NCBI GenBank assembly: GCA_963721525.1
Contig: CAVRJL010000015.1
Coordinates: 1-64,000, forward strand
From: an uncultured Negativicutes bacterium
GTDB taxonomy: Bacteria > Bacillota > Negativicutes > JBAXTZ01
DNA: 64,000 bases
Reading direction: 5' to 3'
Shown piece by piece: positions 41,938 to 52,967 of this stretch; positions within the stretch are counted from its first letter, which is position 1; each line of letters starts with the position of its first letter. A model generated the notes under the pieces. It saw only the letters and a program-made list of their open reading frames with translations, did not search any database and had not been told where the DNA came from. Both the position numbers and the translations under genes were made by a program.

Positions 41938-42819
41938 TTATTCGCTTTCCGAATTATAATTTAACACAACTAACACATTTTCAAGTGAAGTAATATTTAT
42001 CGCAGATTTAACATATACTTTTTGAAAGCTCGTCAAATTTCTGCTTATTTCTTCTACTTCTCCTATAGATAATCCCTTGGGATATTTCCCCCCAATACCT
42101 GCACTTACTAGTTTATCACCTTTATTTATATTAAGATTAATTGGTATATTATTTATTATAAGTTTAGAAGAATTATTTCCTATTCCTTGAGCTATAAAAA
42201 ATATTCTATTATTTTCTTTTTGAAAAACGACATCTGTAAAACTGTTAAATGATGTCAATAATTGTACCCGAGAGCTTAATCTATATACCTCGCTTATGAA
42301 CCCTACTAATCCATCTTTTGAAACGACAGGCATATTAATTTTTATTCCATCTTTATTCCCTAGATCAATTATAATTGATTCCAATCCATCGTTATTATTA
42401 ATAGCAATAACATTTGCTCCCCTAATTTTAAATAATAGAACTTTATTTTTAAAGTATAATAATTTTTTTAAGTTTCTGTTTTCTATCTCTATTTCTATTT
42501 GTTTATTTTCTTTTTCTTTAAGGATTTGTATTTCATTTTTTAGCATTCTATTTTCTATATATAAATTTTTTATATCATAAAAAAAATTCTCAATATTTTT
42601 AGTCTTTATTACGAAAAAACTGCCAATTTTTTGAAGAGGAAAGCCTATTGTAGCTACAGTGTTATTCCAAAAAGGAAAGACCCCATCGGAAAATTTTAAA
42701 ATTATAAGAAGTGCAGTAAAAATAATACTACTTATAAGATAAATAAGAATTTTTTTATATTTTTTGCGATAAAACATTTTTTTAACATCTTTTAATATTA
42801 TTTTCTTTTTATTATACAT
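41938..42819 (-). CDS. mreC: rod shape-determining protein MreC
   Basis: coiled coil ENRNLKKLL, IDLGNKDGI..NMPV...GLVG, GGKYPKGL. Confidence 0.95.
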   Translation of the reverse strand: MYNKKKIILKDVKKMFYRKKYKKILIYLISSIIFTALLIILKFSDGVFPFWNNTVATIGFPLQKIGSFFVIKTKNIENFFYDIKNLYIENRMLKNEIQILKEKENKQIEIEIENRNLKKLLYFKNKVLLFKIRGANVIAINNNDGLESIIIDLGNKDGIKINMPVVSKDGLVGFISEVYRLSSRVQLLTSFNSFTDVVFQKENNRIFFIAQGIGNNSSKLIINNIPINLNINKGDKLVSAGIGGKYPKGLSIGEVEEISRNLTSFQKVYVKSAINITSLENVLVVLNYNSESE

Positions 42820-43185
42820 TTAATATCATACATACTTAATTTATAAGATAAAACTGAAATAATTAAATATTTCTAATATTACCATACATTTTCTAGATTA
42901 TAAGCTTAATAAAACAGATACATTTGAACATTCCTATAAGAAGGATAAAAGGATAGCTTTGTAATAATTGAATTTCTATTTTAACAATTTAAAATATATT
43001 TTTTCTATTTAACATTATCCAATTTATTTTTTATTTCTTTTATAAATTAAAAATTTATTTTAAAGTAAATAATTGTAAAGTTATTGAATTTTTTCGTATA
43101 AATCAGATATATATTTTAATTTTTCTCATTTTCTATTAACGTAATTTTTTGAACTATTGTTTATTCTTTTTCATTTTGACTCATC

Positions 43186-44313
43186 TTATGAGCTTATCTG
43201 CGAAATTATTTTTTTTATTACTTTATCAGGGGCTTGTTTTAAATTTGATAATTTTCCTATACTTTCTATTAGTACCCACCTTATTTTATTCCCATAATTC
43301 TTTTTATCATTTAGTAATAAATTGAATAAGATCCTACTATTACAATTATTTACTTTTATAGGTAAATTAAAAGCTGTTAAACTTGCCTTTATTTTTTTCG
43401 GCATATCTTTATCTTTAACTATTCCAAGTTCATAGCTTAAAAGAGCAGCAGCATACATACCTATTGATACAGCCTCTCCATGCAGGTAACTATAATTACT
43501 TTCTATTTCTATTGCATGGGCTAAAGTATGCCCAAAATTTAAAATGTTTCTATGCCCTTTTCCCCACTCATCTTTTTGTATTATTTTAGCTTTAATTTTA
43601 CAAGTGTCAAGAATAATTTTATTAACTTTTTGCCAATTTCTTTCTTGTATAAATTTTAAATTATCGTTAATATAAGAAAATAAATTTTTATCTATTATTA
43701 TACTAGTTTTAATAATTTCAGCTATTCCAGCAAAATACTGCCTATTACATAAAGTCTCTAAGAATAAGCTATTTATTATAACTGCCTTAGGTTGATGAAA
43801 AATTCCGATTAAATTTTTACTTGTTTTATGATTTACAGCTACTTTACCACCAATACTTGAATCCACTTGTGCTAACAAAGTTGTAGGTATTTGGATAAAA
43901 TCTATTCCACGCATATAAGTAGCTGCAATAAAACCTGCTAAATCGCCTATTACTCCGCCACCAAACGCTACTATCAAAGATTTTTTATCGATATTATATT
44001 CTATAGCTTTGCCATATAAATATTCAGCATATTTCAATGATTTACTATTTTCTCCCGGTCTAACAATTATTATATTTACATAATCAGTTATTCTCTTAAA
44101 ACTTTGTAGTATTTCTTTTCCATAGAGCTTAAAAACGTTGTTGTCTGTTATAATTAATATTTTTTTATTAAAAAATCCGATATTATCAACTATTATACTT
44201 ACATCTCTAGAATAATCATTAATAAAAAAAATAGGATAAGGACTGGTCGTATTTACATTGATTATCTTATATTTTTTTTCTTTTAAATTTAACATGTTTA
44301 ATATATATTCCAA
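43186..44313 (-). CDS. aroB: 3-dehydroquinate synthase
   Basis: GGGVIGDL, PTTLLAQVDSSIGGK, LNFGHT, HGEAV. Confidence 0.97.
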   Translation of the reverse strand: MEYILNMLNLKEKKYKIINVNTTSPYPIFFINDYSRDVSIIVDNIGFFNKKILIITDNNVFKLYGKEILQSFKRITDYVNIIIVRPGENSKSLKYAEYLYGKAIEYNIDKKSLIVAFGGGVIGDLAGFIAATYMRGIDFIQIPTTLLAQVDSSIGGKVAVNHKTSKNLIGIFHQPKAVIINSLFLETLCNRQYFAGIAEIIKTSIIIDKNLFSYINDNLKFIQERNWQKVNKIILDTCKIKAKIIQKDEWGKGHRNILNFGHTLAHAIEIESNYSYLHGEAVSIGMYAAALLSYELGIVKDKDMPKKIKASLTAFNLPIKVNNCNSRILFNLLLNDKKNYGNKIRWVLIESIGKLSNLKQAPDKVIKKIISQISS

Positions 44314-44318
44314 ATAAT

Positions 44319-45512
44319 TTACATCTGTTCTATTCTGCTTTTATATGCTGATATCGATTGTTTTAAATCTATCATACAATCTTTTGAAAATTTTCTTAAA
44401 ATTTCTTTTGCTAATACAAAAGAAACCATACTCTCTACTACATAGGCACAAGAAGAAACTGCATACGCATCACTTCTTTCCGTACTAGCTTTTACCTGTT
44501 CTTTTGTTTCTATATTAACAGTTTCCAAAGGGTGCATTAAAGTTGGTATAGGCTTCATTACAGCTTTTATAATAATTCTTTCTCCATTACTCATACCGCC
44601 TTCAATTCCCCCCGCATTATTTGTTTTTCTGTAATATTTTTTTTCTTCCTGAGAATAATTTATTACGTCATGCGCCGCACTTCCCAAAGTATGCGCATAA
44701 TGGAATCCTAATCCAAACTCTACGCCTTTTATTGCTGGAACAGATACTATTTCTCGAGCAAGCAAAGCATCAAGTTTTTTATCATATTGAACAAAACTTC
44801 CTAGCCCTATTATACAATTAAAGACAGCTACAGCTACGATTCCACCTAAAGTATTTCCTTTTTGTTTAACGTTAAAAAATTTTTTTACTATTGTTTTTTC
44901 AACTTTTTTATTTAAATCTCCTAATTTAGATTTATTTTTCAAGTTGGTTAATTGTGAGAAAGATAAATCATTTAAAATCTTTTCCTCGCTTATTTTTATC
45001 CCGCCAATATTAAGAACACAAGAAAAAGTTTTCATTTCTAATTCTTCTAGAAGCTGATTAGAAATGTTCCCCATCACAACCCTAGCGGCTGTTTCTCTTG
45101 CGCTTGCTCGCTCTAAAATATCTCTACAATCGTCCCGGTTATATTTCAATATTCCAGATAAATCGGCGTGTCCGGGGCGTGGAGACACTAATTTTTCTGT
45201 TTGGATTTTTTCTAGTCTTTCTCTATCTTTAATAAAATTTAAAGACATTTTTTCTTTCCAATTAATGTTATCCTTATTTTTAATAAGCACACAAACAGGA
45301 CTACCCAAAGTTTCTCCCAAACGTACGCCTGAAATTATATGTGCTTGGTCCTTTTCTATATTCATTCTTTGTCCGCGCCCTAACCCATACTGTCTCACCT
45401 CTAAAGCTTTATTGATTTTATCAATATTAATTTTCAATCCGGCAGGTAAACCATCAATTATTACACTTAAGCTTTCTCCATGCGATTCTCCTGCAGTTAA
45501 AAATCTTAACAC
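44319..45512 (-). CDS. aroC: chorismate synthase
   Basis: TAGESHG, RPGHAD, ERASARET, GGIEGGMSNG. Confidence 0.98.
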   Translation of the reverse strand: MLRFLTAGESHGESLSVIIDGLPAGLKINIDKINKALEVRQYGLGRGQRMNIEKDQAHIISGVRLGETLGSPVCVLIKNKDNINWKEKMSLNFIKDRERLEKIQTEKLVSPRPGHADLSGILKYNRDDCRDILERASARETAARVVMGNISNQLLEELEMKTFSCVLNIGGIKISEEKILNDLSFSQLTNLKNKSKLGDLNKKVEKTIVKKFFNVKQKGNTLGGIVAVAVFNCIIGLGSFVQYDKKLDALLAREIVSVPAIKGVEFGLGFHYAHTLGSAAHDVINYSQEEKKYYRKTNNAGGIEGGMSNGERIIIKAVMKPIPTLMHPLETVNIETKEQVKASTERSDAYAVSSCAYVVESMVSFVLAKEILRKFSKDCMIDLKQSISAYKSRIEQM

Positions 45513-46045
45513 TTTTTGAGAACCTCCATAATATGATAAATTTTACAGATGACAAAAACTATTTCATTAAAAGTTAATTTTTTTGTCGTTATCTGCACAT
45601 CAGAGATTGATTTGTATATCTCCAGCCTTTTTTTAAACTTTTCTTTAAGCTTCAGTTCAAAAAAAGGATCGTTGATATTGGCTAAAGGCCTATTTTTACT
45701 ATTTTTTTTTATTCTTTTCAATATTATATCGAATTCTGTGTTCAACCATATGATGTACACATTGCTTTTTTTTAATAAGTCAATATTTTTTTGCAACTCA
45801 ATAATTCCGCCACCTGTAGAAATGAAAGCATTTTTTTCTAAAAGGGACTTTTCTAAAATCTTATGTTCCAAATTACGGAAATAATTTTCGCCAAAATTAC
45901 TAAAAATAGAATAAATAGGCATTTTATTATTTATCTCTACACATTGATCTATATCTATAAAATTTTTACACAAAATTTCAGCTGACTTTTTTCCTGCTAT
46001 TGTTTTCCCACAGGACATAAACCCTATTAATATTACATTTTTCAT
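45506..46045 (-). CDS. aroK: shikimate kinase
   Basis: IGFMSCGKT, GENYFR, STGGG, RPL. Confidence 0.95.
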   Translation of the reverse strand: MKNVILIGFMSCGKTIAGKKSAEILCKNFIDIDQCVEINNKMPIYSIFSNFGENYFRNLEHKILEKSLLEKNAFISTGGGIIELQKNIDLLKKSNVYIIWLNTEFDIILKRIKKNSKNRPLANINDPFFELKLKEKFKKRLEIYKSISDVQITTKKLTFNEIVFVICKIYHIMEVLKKC

Positions 46046-47340
46046 AATAATATTTTTTTAAAAACCTTATAAAATCCCGGGAAAGATATATTAATACATT
46101 CTTCATCAGATATATTATTATTGCCTTTCGATCCAAATCCTGCAACTGTAAATGCCATAGCAATGCGATGGTCTTTGTGTGTTTCTATAAAAGCGCCGTT
46201 ATATCCTTTATCGCAGTAATTTTTTCCATATATTATCAACCCGTCAGCTAATACCTCGACTTCTCCTCCCATTGCTTTGATTGCTTCGGCAATAACTAAT
46301 AATCTGTTACTTTCTTTGTTTATCAATTCTTCAGCGTTTCGAATTTCAGTTATTCCTTCAGCATACATAGCCAATACTGCAATAATGGGTATTTCGTCAA
46401 TTAACCTAGGTATTATGAATCCGTTTATTTTTACACAATTTAATTTACTATACTTGATTTTAATATCTGCAGTCATTTCTTGCGAAACAATTTTCGTATT
46501 TATTATTTCTAAATCAGCGCCCATCATTTTAACAACGTCCAGTATCCCAGTCCTAGTAGGATTTATTCCTACATTTTCAATAATAATTTCTGATCCATTT
46601 ATTATTAACGCACTCGCTATTAAAAAAGCTGCAGAAGAAATATCTCCCGGTACTTCAATTTTCTGTGCCAATAATTTATTTATAGGCTTGGTAATTATTT
46701 TCTTTGTTGTATTTATACATTCAATAATTTCTAAATTTGCATTAAATTGTTTTAGCATTAATTCTGTATGATTTCTTGAAATAACGTTTTCAATAACAGT
46801 TGTCTGAACCCCTGCACATAAACCAGAAAGTAAAATTGCTGATTTCACCTGAGCGCTTGGTATAGGTAAACTATAAATTAAAGGATAAAACTTAGTAGTT
46901 TTTTTTATTTTGATATACCCATTTTTGTTTTCTATTTTTGCGCCTAATAAACTTAACGGTTCAATAATACGGCTCATTGGACGCTTTTTTATAGAATTAT
47001 CACCTTCTAAAGTAACATCTATATTTTGAGAGCACAAAACACCACTTAACAATCTAATAGTTGTTCCCGAATTTCCTACATAAATCAACTTATTAGATTG
47101 TTTTATTCCTCGTAACCCTACTCCAGATACAATTATCTCATTCTCTTTTTGCTCGACATCGATACCTAGATGTCTTAAACATTTAACAGTTGATAAACAG
47201 TCAGTACCTGCTAAAAAATTGCTAATAATGGTCGTTCCGTAGGCAATAGCCCCTAAAATAAGGGCTCTATGAGTTATCGATTTATCGCCTGGAACTTTAA
47301 CTTTTCCTTTCAAAGGTTTCATATTAATAAAATTTAACAT
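46042..47340 (-). CDS. aroA: EPSP synthase
   Basis: PGDKSITHR, GNSGTT, SAQVKSA, IDEIP, DHRIAM. Confidence 0.98.
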   Translation of the reverse strand: MLNFINMKPLKGKVKVPGDKSITHRALILGAIAYGTTIISNFLAGTDCLSTVKCLRHLGIDVEQKENEIIVSGVGLRGIKQSNKLIYVGNSGTTIRLLSGVLCSQNIDVTLEGDNSIKKRPMSRIIEPLSLLGAKIENKNGYIKIKKTTKFYPLIYSLPIPSAQVKSAILLSGLCAGVQTTVIENVISRNHTELMLKQFNANLEIIECINTTKKIITKPINKLLAQKIEVPGDISSAAFLIASALIINGSEIIIENVGINPTRTGILDVVKMMGADLEIINTKIVSQEMTADIKIKYSKLNCVKINGFIIPRLIDEIPIIAVLAMYAEGITEIRNAEELINKESNRLLVIAEAIKAMGGEVEVLADGLIIYGKNYCDKGYNGAFIETHKDHRIAMAFTVAGFGSKGNNNISDEECINISFPGFYKVFKKILL

Positions 47341-47358
47341 TGCAATTAATCCTTAAAT

Positions 47359-48372
47359 TCACTCTAAAGTTTTTAGAAAATCAGAAAGAGCTTTTATTTG
47401 TTGCATTAATTGCAAATAATTTTCAGGGTTAAGAGATTGTTGTCCGTCACATAAAGCTTTCTTAGGTTGAGGATGCATTTCTATCATTAGTCCATCCGCT
47501 CCAGCAGCTATAGAAGCCATAGACATTGGTTTTATTAATCTCCATAGTCCTGTACCATGGCTTGGATCTACGATAATAGGAAAATGACTCAATTTTTTTA
47601 TTATACCAACTGCACTAATATCTAAAGTATTTCTTGTGTATGTCTCATAAGTCCTTATTCCGCGCTCGCAAAAAATAATCTGATCATTTCCTTCACGAAC
47701 AATGTACTCTGCTGCGTTTAGCCATTCATCAATAGTAGCTGCTATACCACGTTTTATTAAAATCGGCTTATTTATTTTTCCTACTTCTTTTAATAACCTA
47801 AAATTCTGCATGTTACGCGCGCCTATTTGTAAGATATCAGAATATGTGGTAGCTAATTGAATGCTGTCAATATCGGTAACCTCTGTCACTATTTTCAATC
47901 CAGTATATTTACCTATTTCGAATAAATATTTTAAACCTTCTTCTTCTAATCCTTGAAAAGCGTAAGGAGAAGTACGCGGTTTAAAAGCTCCTCCTCGTAA
48001 AAATTGAGCTCCTCCCTGTTTAACAATTTTTGCTGCTTTAAATAATTGTTTACGCGATTCTACAGCACAAGGTCCTGCTATAATTACCGGATTGCCTGCT
48101 CCAATTTTTATTCCTCCGACATCTATTATCGAACAAGTACTTCTAAATTCTCTACTTACCAATTTATATGGAGCTGAAATAGAAACTGTTTTCTCTACAC
48201 CATCAAGCGCTTCAAAATTTAAAGGTAATATTTTTAGCTTATCACCAATAATACTAATTATTATACGGGAATATCCTACAACCATATGCGCTTTTAATCC
48301 ATTTTCATTAATATAATTTATTGCTTTTTCTATTGTGCTTTCTTTTACATCAGTCTCCATTATCACAAGCAT
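47359..48372 (-). CDS. aroF: DAHP synthase type I-beta with N-terminal regulatory domain
   Basis: AGPCAVE, RGGAFKPRTSPY, QIGARNMQN, VDPSHG. Confidence 0.97.
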   Translation of the reverse strand: MLVIMETDVKESTIEKAINYINENGLKAHMVVGYSRIIISIIGDKLKILPLNFEALDGVEKTVSISAPYKLVSREFRSTCSIIDVGGIKIGAGNPVIIAGPCAVESRKQLFKAAKIVKQGGAQFLRGGAFKPRTSPYAFQGLEEEGLKYLFEIGKYTGLKIVTEVTDIDSIQLATTYSDILQIGARNMQNFRLLKEVGKINKPILIKRGIAATIDEWLNAAEYIVREGNDQIIFCERGIRTYETYTRNTLDISAVGIIKKLSHFPIIVDPSHGTGLWRLIKPMSMASIAAGADGLMIEMHPQPKKALCDGQQSLNPENYLQLMQQIKALSDFLKTLE

Positions 48373-48589
48373 AATTTTTACTCCACTTTTACAATATGAA
48401 CGTTAATTCTAACATATAAACACTAGGTTGTCATTTATAATGTACATTATAAGGGTATAACAAAATACTATCGATACGTTCATATAATAATTCTTTTAAT
48501 GCTTGATTCTACTATTTTTATAATTCTTAAGTTTTCATATTATCATAATTTATAATTATAATATGAAATATGATAATACAAGGAATACT

Positions 48590-49915
48590 CTATTTAATAA
48601 TCTTTCCAATTTTATCGTATGCAAATCCATCAATTATTTGAACTTTTATTTTATCTCCAATTTTTATATTTTTATTTTTACTGTCTAAAAAGATTTTTCC
48701 ATCTACTTCTATAGCTTCATATTGGGAACGTCCATAAAATTGCCCCCTTCTTTTTCCCTCGATTAATACTTTTGTTACTTTTCCTATCCTTTTCTTATTT
48801 TGTATCTGAGATATTTTACTTTGTATAGACATAAGTTTATTATATCTTTCTTCTTTGATAATATTATTTACAGTATCTTTAAATTCAGCTGCTAATGTTC
48901 CTTCTTCAGCAGAAAACTTGAATGCTCCTACATGATCAAACTGGTTTTCTTGTATAAAATTAGTCAACTTTTTAAACTTTTCTTCTGTTTCGCCTGGGAA
49001 CCCTACAATAAAAGTAGTCCTAAGAGCAATATCAGGTATTCGATTTTTAATTTTATTTAATAAAATTTTTATTTCTTCATGGGTGTCTTTACGATTCATC
49101 TTCTTTAAAATATCATCATCTATATGTTGTAACGGAATATCAATATATTTACAAACCTTAGGTTCATTAGCAATTAACTCTATCAACTCTTCGTTAAAAT
49201 ATTTAGGATAACAATACAATAATCTTATCCAAAAATCTCCTTTTATAGCCGTTATTTCTCTAAGTAGATTAATTAACTGTGGTTTATTATATAAATCATA
49301 TCCATAACTTGTTGTGTCTTGTGCTATTAAAATTAGTTCTTTTACTCCTGATGAAACTAGTCTATTTGCTTCTATGCTAATACTAGCAATATCTCGACTT
49401 TTCATATTACCCTTAATTAAAGGGATTGCACAATATGAGCACCTATTTGAGCATCCGTCCGCAATTTTTATATAAACACTTTTTTTAGCAGTAAATATTG
49501 TCCTTGTATCTCCATTTTTTTGTAAGCTAACAGGTTCCCCTATACATATTATTCTTTCTTTTAAAAATTTTTTATCAATAACTTTAACAATTTCTCTCCA
49601 TTTACCTGTCCCAACAATAACATCTATTTCGGATATTTTTTCATATAAATCTTCAGAATAACGTTGAGCTAAACATCCTGCTATAATAAGCATTTTGCAT
49701 TTTCCCGTTTTTTTATATTCCGCCACTTCTAATATTGTATCTATAGCTTCTTGTTTAGCTGCTTCAATAAAGCCGCATGTATTTACGATTATAACGTCTG
49801 CTTCTTTTTGTTGTTTGACTAATATATAATTATTTTTTATCAACTGCCCGGCAATTAATTCTGAATCTACTAAGTTTTTTGAACATCCCAAACTTATAAT
49901 TTTTACCGTCTTCAA
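48590..49915 (-). CDS. rimO: S12 methylthiotransferase RimO
   Basis: SLGCSKNLVDSE, NTCGFIE, CSNRCSYC, TRAM tail. Confidence 0.96.
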   Translation of the reverse strand: MKTVKIISLGCSKNLVDSELIAGQLIKNNYILVKQQKEADVIIVNTCGFIEAAKQEAIDTILEVAEYKKTGKCKMLIIAGCLAQRYSEDLYEKISEIDVIVGTGKWREIVKVIDKKFLKERIICIGEPVSLQKNGDTRTIFTAKKSVYIKIADGCSNRCSYCAIPLIKGNMKSRDIASISIEANRLVSSGVKELILIAQDTTSYGYDLYNKPQLINLLREITAIKGDFWIRLLYCYPKYFNEELIELIANEPKVCKYIDIPLQHIDDDILKKMNRKDTHEEIKILLNKIKNRIPDIALRTTFIVGFPGETEEKFKKLTNFIQENQFDHVGAFKFSAEEGTLAAEFKDTVNNIIKEERYNKLMSIQSKISQIQNKKRIGKVTKVLIEGKRRGQFYGRSQYEAIEVDGKIFLDSKNKNIKIGDKIKVQIIDGFAYDKIGKIIK

Positions 49916-49935
49916 CTAATACCTACCAATACATT

Positions 49936-51742
49936 TTACTTATTTTTTATGTTTACCTCTTTTTTTATCAAACATTTTTCCTTAGATCCTATTAAATCTG
50001 TTCTATGTAAAATTTTTAAAGCTTGCACGACTAATTTATGATTTTCTTTTTTCTTATACTGCATCAGAGCTCTTTGCATTTTTCGTTCTTTTATTGATCT
50101 TGCTACATATACTTTTTCTCCAGTAAAAGGATTCATTTTTGTGTAATACATACAAGTCGCTAAACTTCCTGGAGTAGGTATAAAATCTTGTACTTGCTCA
50201 GGATGATATCTGTAGTCGCGTAAAAATTCTGCTAATTCTAATGCTTCGCGTAATCCTGATCCTGGATGGTTTGCCATAAAATAAGGTACTAAATATTGTT
50301 CTTTTTTTACTTTACATGTTGTTTTATAAAATAAGTTGGAGAATTTTAAAAATATATCTTTCCCAGGTTTTCTCATTAAATTAATTACTTTTTTAGATAT
50401 GATCGGGAGCAACTTTTAATTGTCCGCTTATATGATATTCACAGATTTGTTCAAGAAATTTATTATTTTTTTCTTCAAGTAAATAATCATATCTTATTCC
50501 AGAACGAATAAAAACTTTCTTCACTTTTGGCAATTTTCGCAGTTTATTTAATAAATCGGAGTAATCTCTATGATTTACTTCCAAATTTTCACATTTTTTT
50601 GGAAATAAGCATTGTTTATACTTGCAAGCTCCTTTTTCTAGCTGTTTTTTACAAGCTTTATTACGAAAATTAGCAGTAGGTCCGCCCACATCGTGAATGT
50701 AACCTTTAAAATTTTTATCATTTATAAATATCTTTGCTTCATTAATAACAGACTCGTGGCTACGTTTTTGTATTACTCTACCTTGATGAGAGTATAAAGC
50801 GCAAAAACTGCACCCTCCAAAACATCCTCTTGAAGAAACCAGACTGAACTTAACTTCTTCTAAAGCTGGCACTCCCCCCTTTTTATCATACTTAGAATGC
50901 CATGTCCTCATGAACGGCAAATCGTAAATTTTATCCATTTCACTTTCTGTTAAAGGCATTGAAGGAGGATTTTGTATTAAATACTTATTATTGTGCTTTT
51001 GTACTAAAACATTTCCTCTTATAGGGTCTTGTTCTTCATATTGGATTTTAAATGATTTGGCAAACAATATTTTACTTTCTTTTATTTCTTCAAATGAAGG
51101 TATAAAAAAGGCTTTTTTGACATCCTGCTCCTCTCCTATATAGCATGTACCGGGAACATCTTTTATTTGTTCTATTTTTTTACCTTTAGAAAGTTTTTTT
51201 ACAATTTCTACAATTGATTTTTCTCCCATGCCATATACTAATAGATCGGCATTCGAATCGATAAGTATTGAACGACGAATATTGTTGTCCCAATAATCAT
51301 AATGGGCAAAACGACGCAAACTTGCCTCAATACCTCCTATAATAATAGGTAACTTCTTCCAAGCCTCACGCACACGATTTGAATAAACTATTGTTGCTCT
51401 TTCGGGTCTTTGCCCTATAATTCCTCCTGCGCTGTAATTGTCTTTAGAACGAATTTTCTTTGCAGCTGTATATTGATTTAACATTGAATCCAAGTTCCCT
51501 GCAGTTATAAGAGCCGCATATTTAGGTTCTCCAAATTGCTTAAAATCCTTTATATTTCTCCAATCTGGTTGCGCTATTATGGCTACCCTAAATCCCACGC
51601 TTTCTAACACTCGTCCTATAATAGCAGCTCCAAAAGAGGGATGATCTATATAAGCATCCCCGGTAATTAATATAATATCAGGTTTTTCCCAACCTAAACT
51701 TTTCACTTCTTCAACTGTAATCGGTAAGAAATACTTTACCAT
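49936..51742 (-). pseudogene. ygiQ: YgiQ-family radical SAM protein split by a frameshift near 50395
   Basis: [33 protein letters not shown] then [11 protein letters not shown]...QVQDFIPTP in another frame. Confidence 0.9.
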
Positions 51743-52778
51743 AATCCTCTTTAAGTTTTGCTATTAATTTTTCTATTGCATTATCAATATTGTCGCTATC
51801 GATAATACATTGATAGTGTTCTTTATTATATTTTTCATATCCATATAAAGGGTCATAATAATCATTTAATAAAATTTCTACAATTTCATCATATTTTTTA
51901 CTTTCTAAAAAATTTTTTAAAGTTTTGTATTTTTGGTTTTCTATTTTGTGAATTAATTTATATAACGCTTGAGATAATTCAACATTAACAGTAGTTTCAT
52001 CAACATCAGTATATTCATCTACTATACGCCGTATCCTCTTGCTCATAGAAGATTTTAATAACACCCTTTTCCCATTATTCATAGCTTTAAATAGTTTTTT
52101 AGGTATATAAACATTTCCAATTCTTTTACTTTCACATTCAATAAGCAAATAAGGGGAAGAAGAAAATTTTTCTAATTCGCTAAGCAATAAAGAGTCAAAT
52201 TTTTTTGCACTTTGACTTTTTCCCATACCTGCATGTCCGAATACCGAACCTCGATGATTAGCTAAGGCTTCTAAATCAATTGCCGCACCACCTAATGCTC
52301 TAAATTTTTTTATCAATTCAGTTTTCCCCGTACCCGTTGAACCGCATAAGACGATAATATCTTGTTTTATTTCATATTCCGATAATTTTCTTATTATTTC
52401 TGTGCGATACAATTTATATCCGCCAATTAATTTCTGTATGTTTAAATTTAAAGCCATATTTACCAATTGTAAGGCAATGTTTGAACGCATACCTCCGCGC
52501 CAACAATAAACAATAACCTTCTTTTTTACATCTAAATTTGCAAACTGGTTGATAAAATTCGGCAATTTTTGCGACATAATAAGCATCGCAATATATTTTG
52601 CTTCTGCTTTGCCTTTTTCCTTATATGTAGTTCCTACAACCATTCTTTCTTGATTGTTTAAAAGAGGAATATTTATAGAATTTATTATTTGTCCAGCTTC
52701 ATATTCTTTCTCTGAACGAACATCCACAAATATAGCATTTCCCAAATTCAAAGTACTATTTTCATCAACTTTTTTCAT
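51711..52778 (-). CDS. selU: tRNA 2-selenouridine synthase
   Basis: rhodanese [41 protein letters not shown]. Confidence 0.96.
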   Translation of the reverse strand: MKKVDENSTLNLGNAIFVDVRSEKEYEAGQIINSINIPLLNNQERMVVGTTYKEKGKAEAKYIAMLIMSQKLPNFINQFANLDVKKKVIVYCWRGGMRSNIALQLVNMALNLNIQKLIGGYKLYRTEIIRKLSEYEIKQDIIVLCGSTGTGKTELIKKFRALGGAAIDLEALANHRGSVFGHAGMGKSQSAKKFDSLLLSELEKFSSSPYLLIECESKRIGNVYIPKKLFKAMNNGKRVLLKSSMSKRIRRIVDEYTDVDETTVNVELSQALYKLIHKIENQKYKTLKNFLESKKYDEIVEILLNDYYDPLYGYEKYNKEHYQCIIDSDNIDNAIEKLIAKLKEDYGKVFLTDYS

Positions 52779-52967
52779 TTTTTTAATTTATTATTTTGTT
52801 TTATTTTCATTGCATTTAAATATTTTTCATGTATATGTTGCTCATTATTATTTTTTTGTGTTAGAGTAAAAAATCTATATCCAAAATTATCTGTATATTT
52901 TCCCAAATAATTTATGTTGAGTTACAGCTATTTCCTTTATTATCTATGAACGATTATTTTACTCAAC

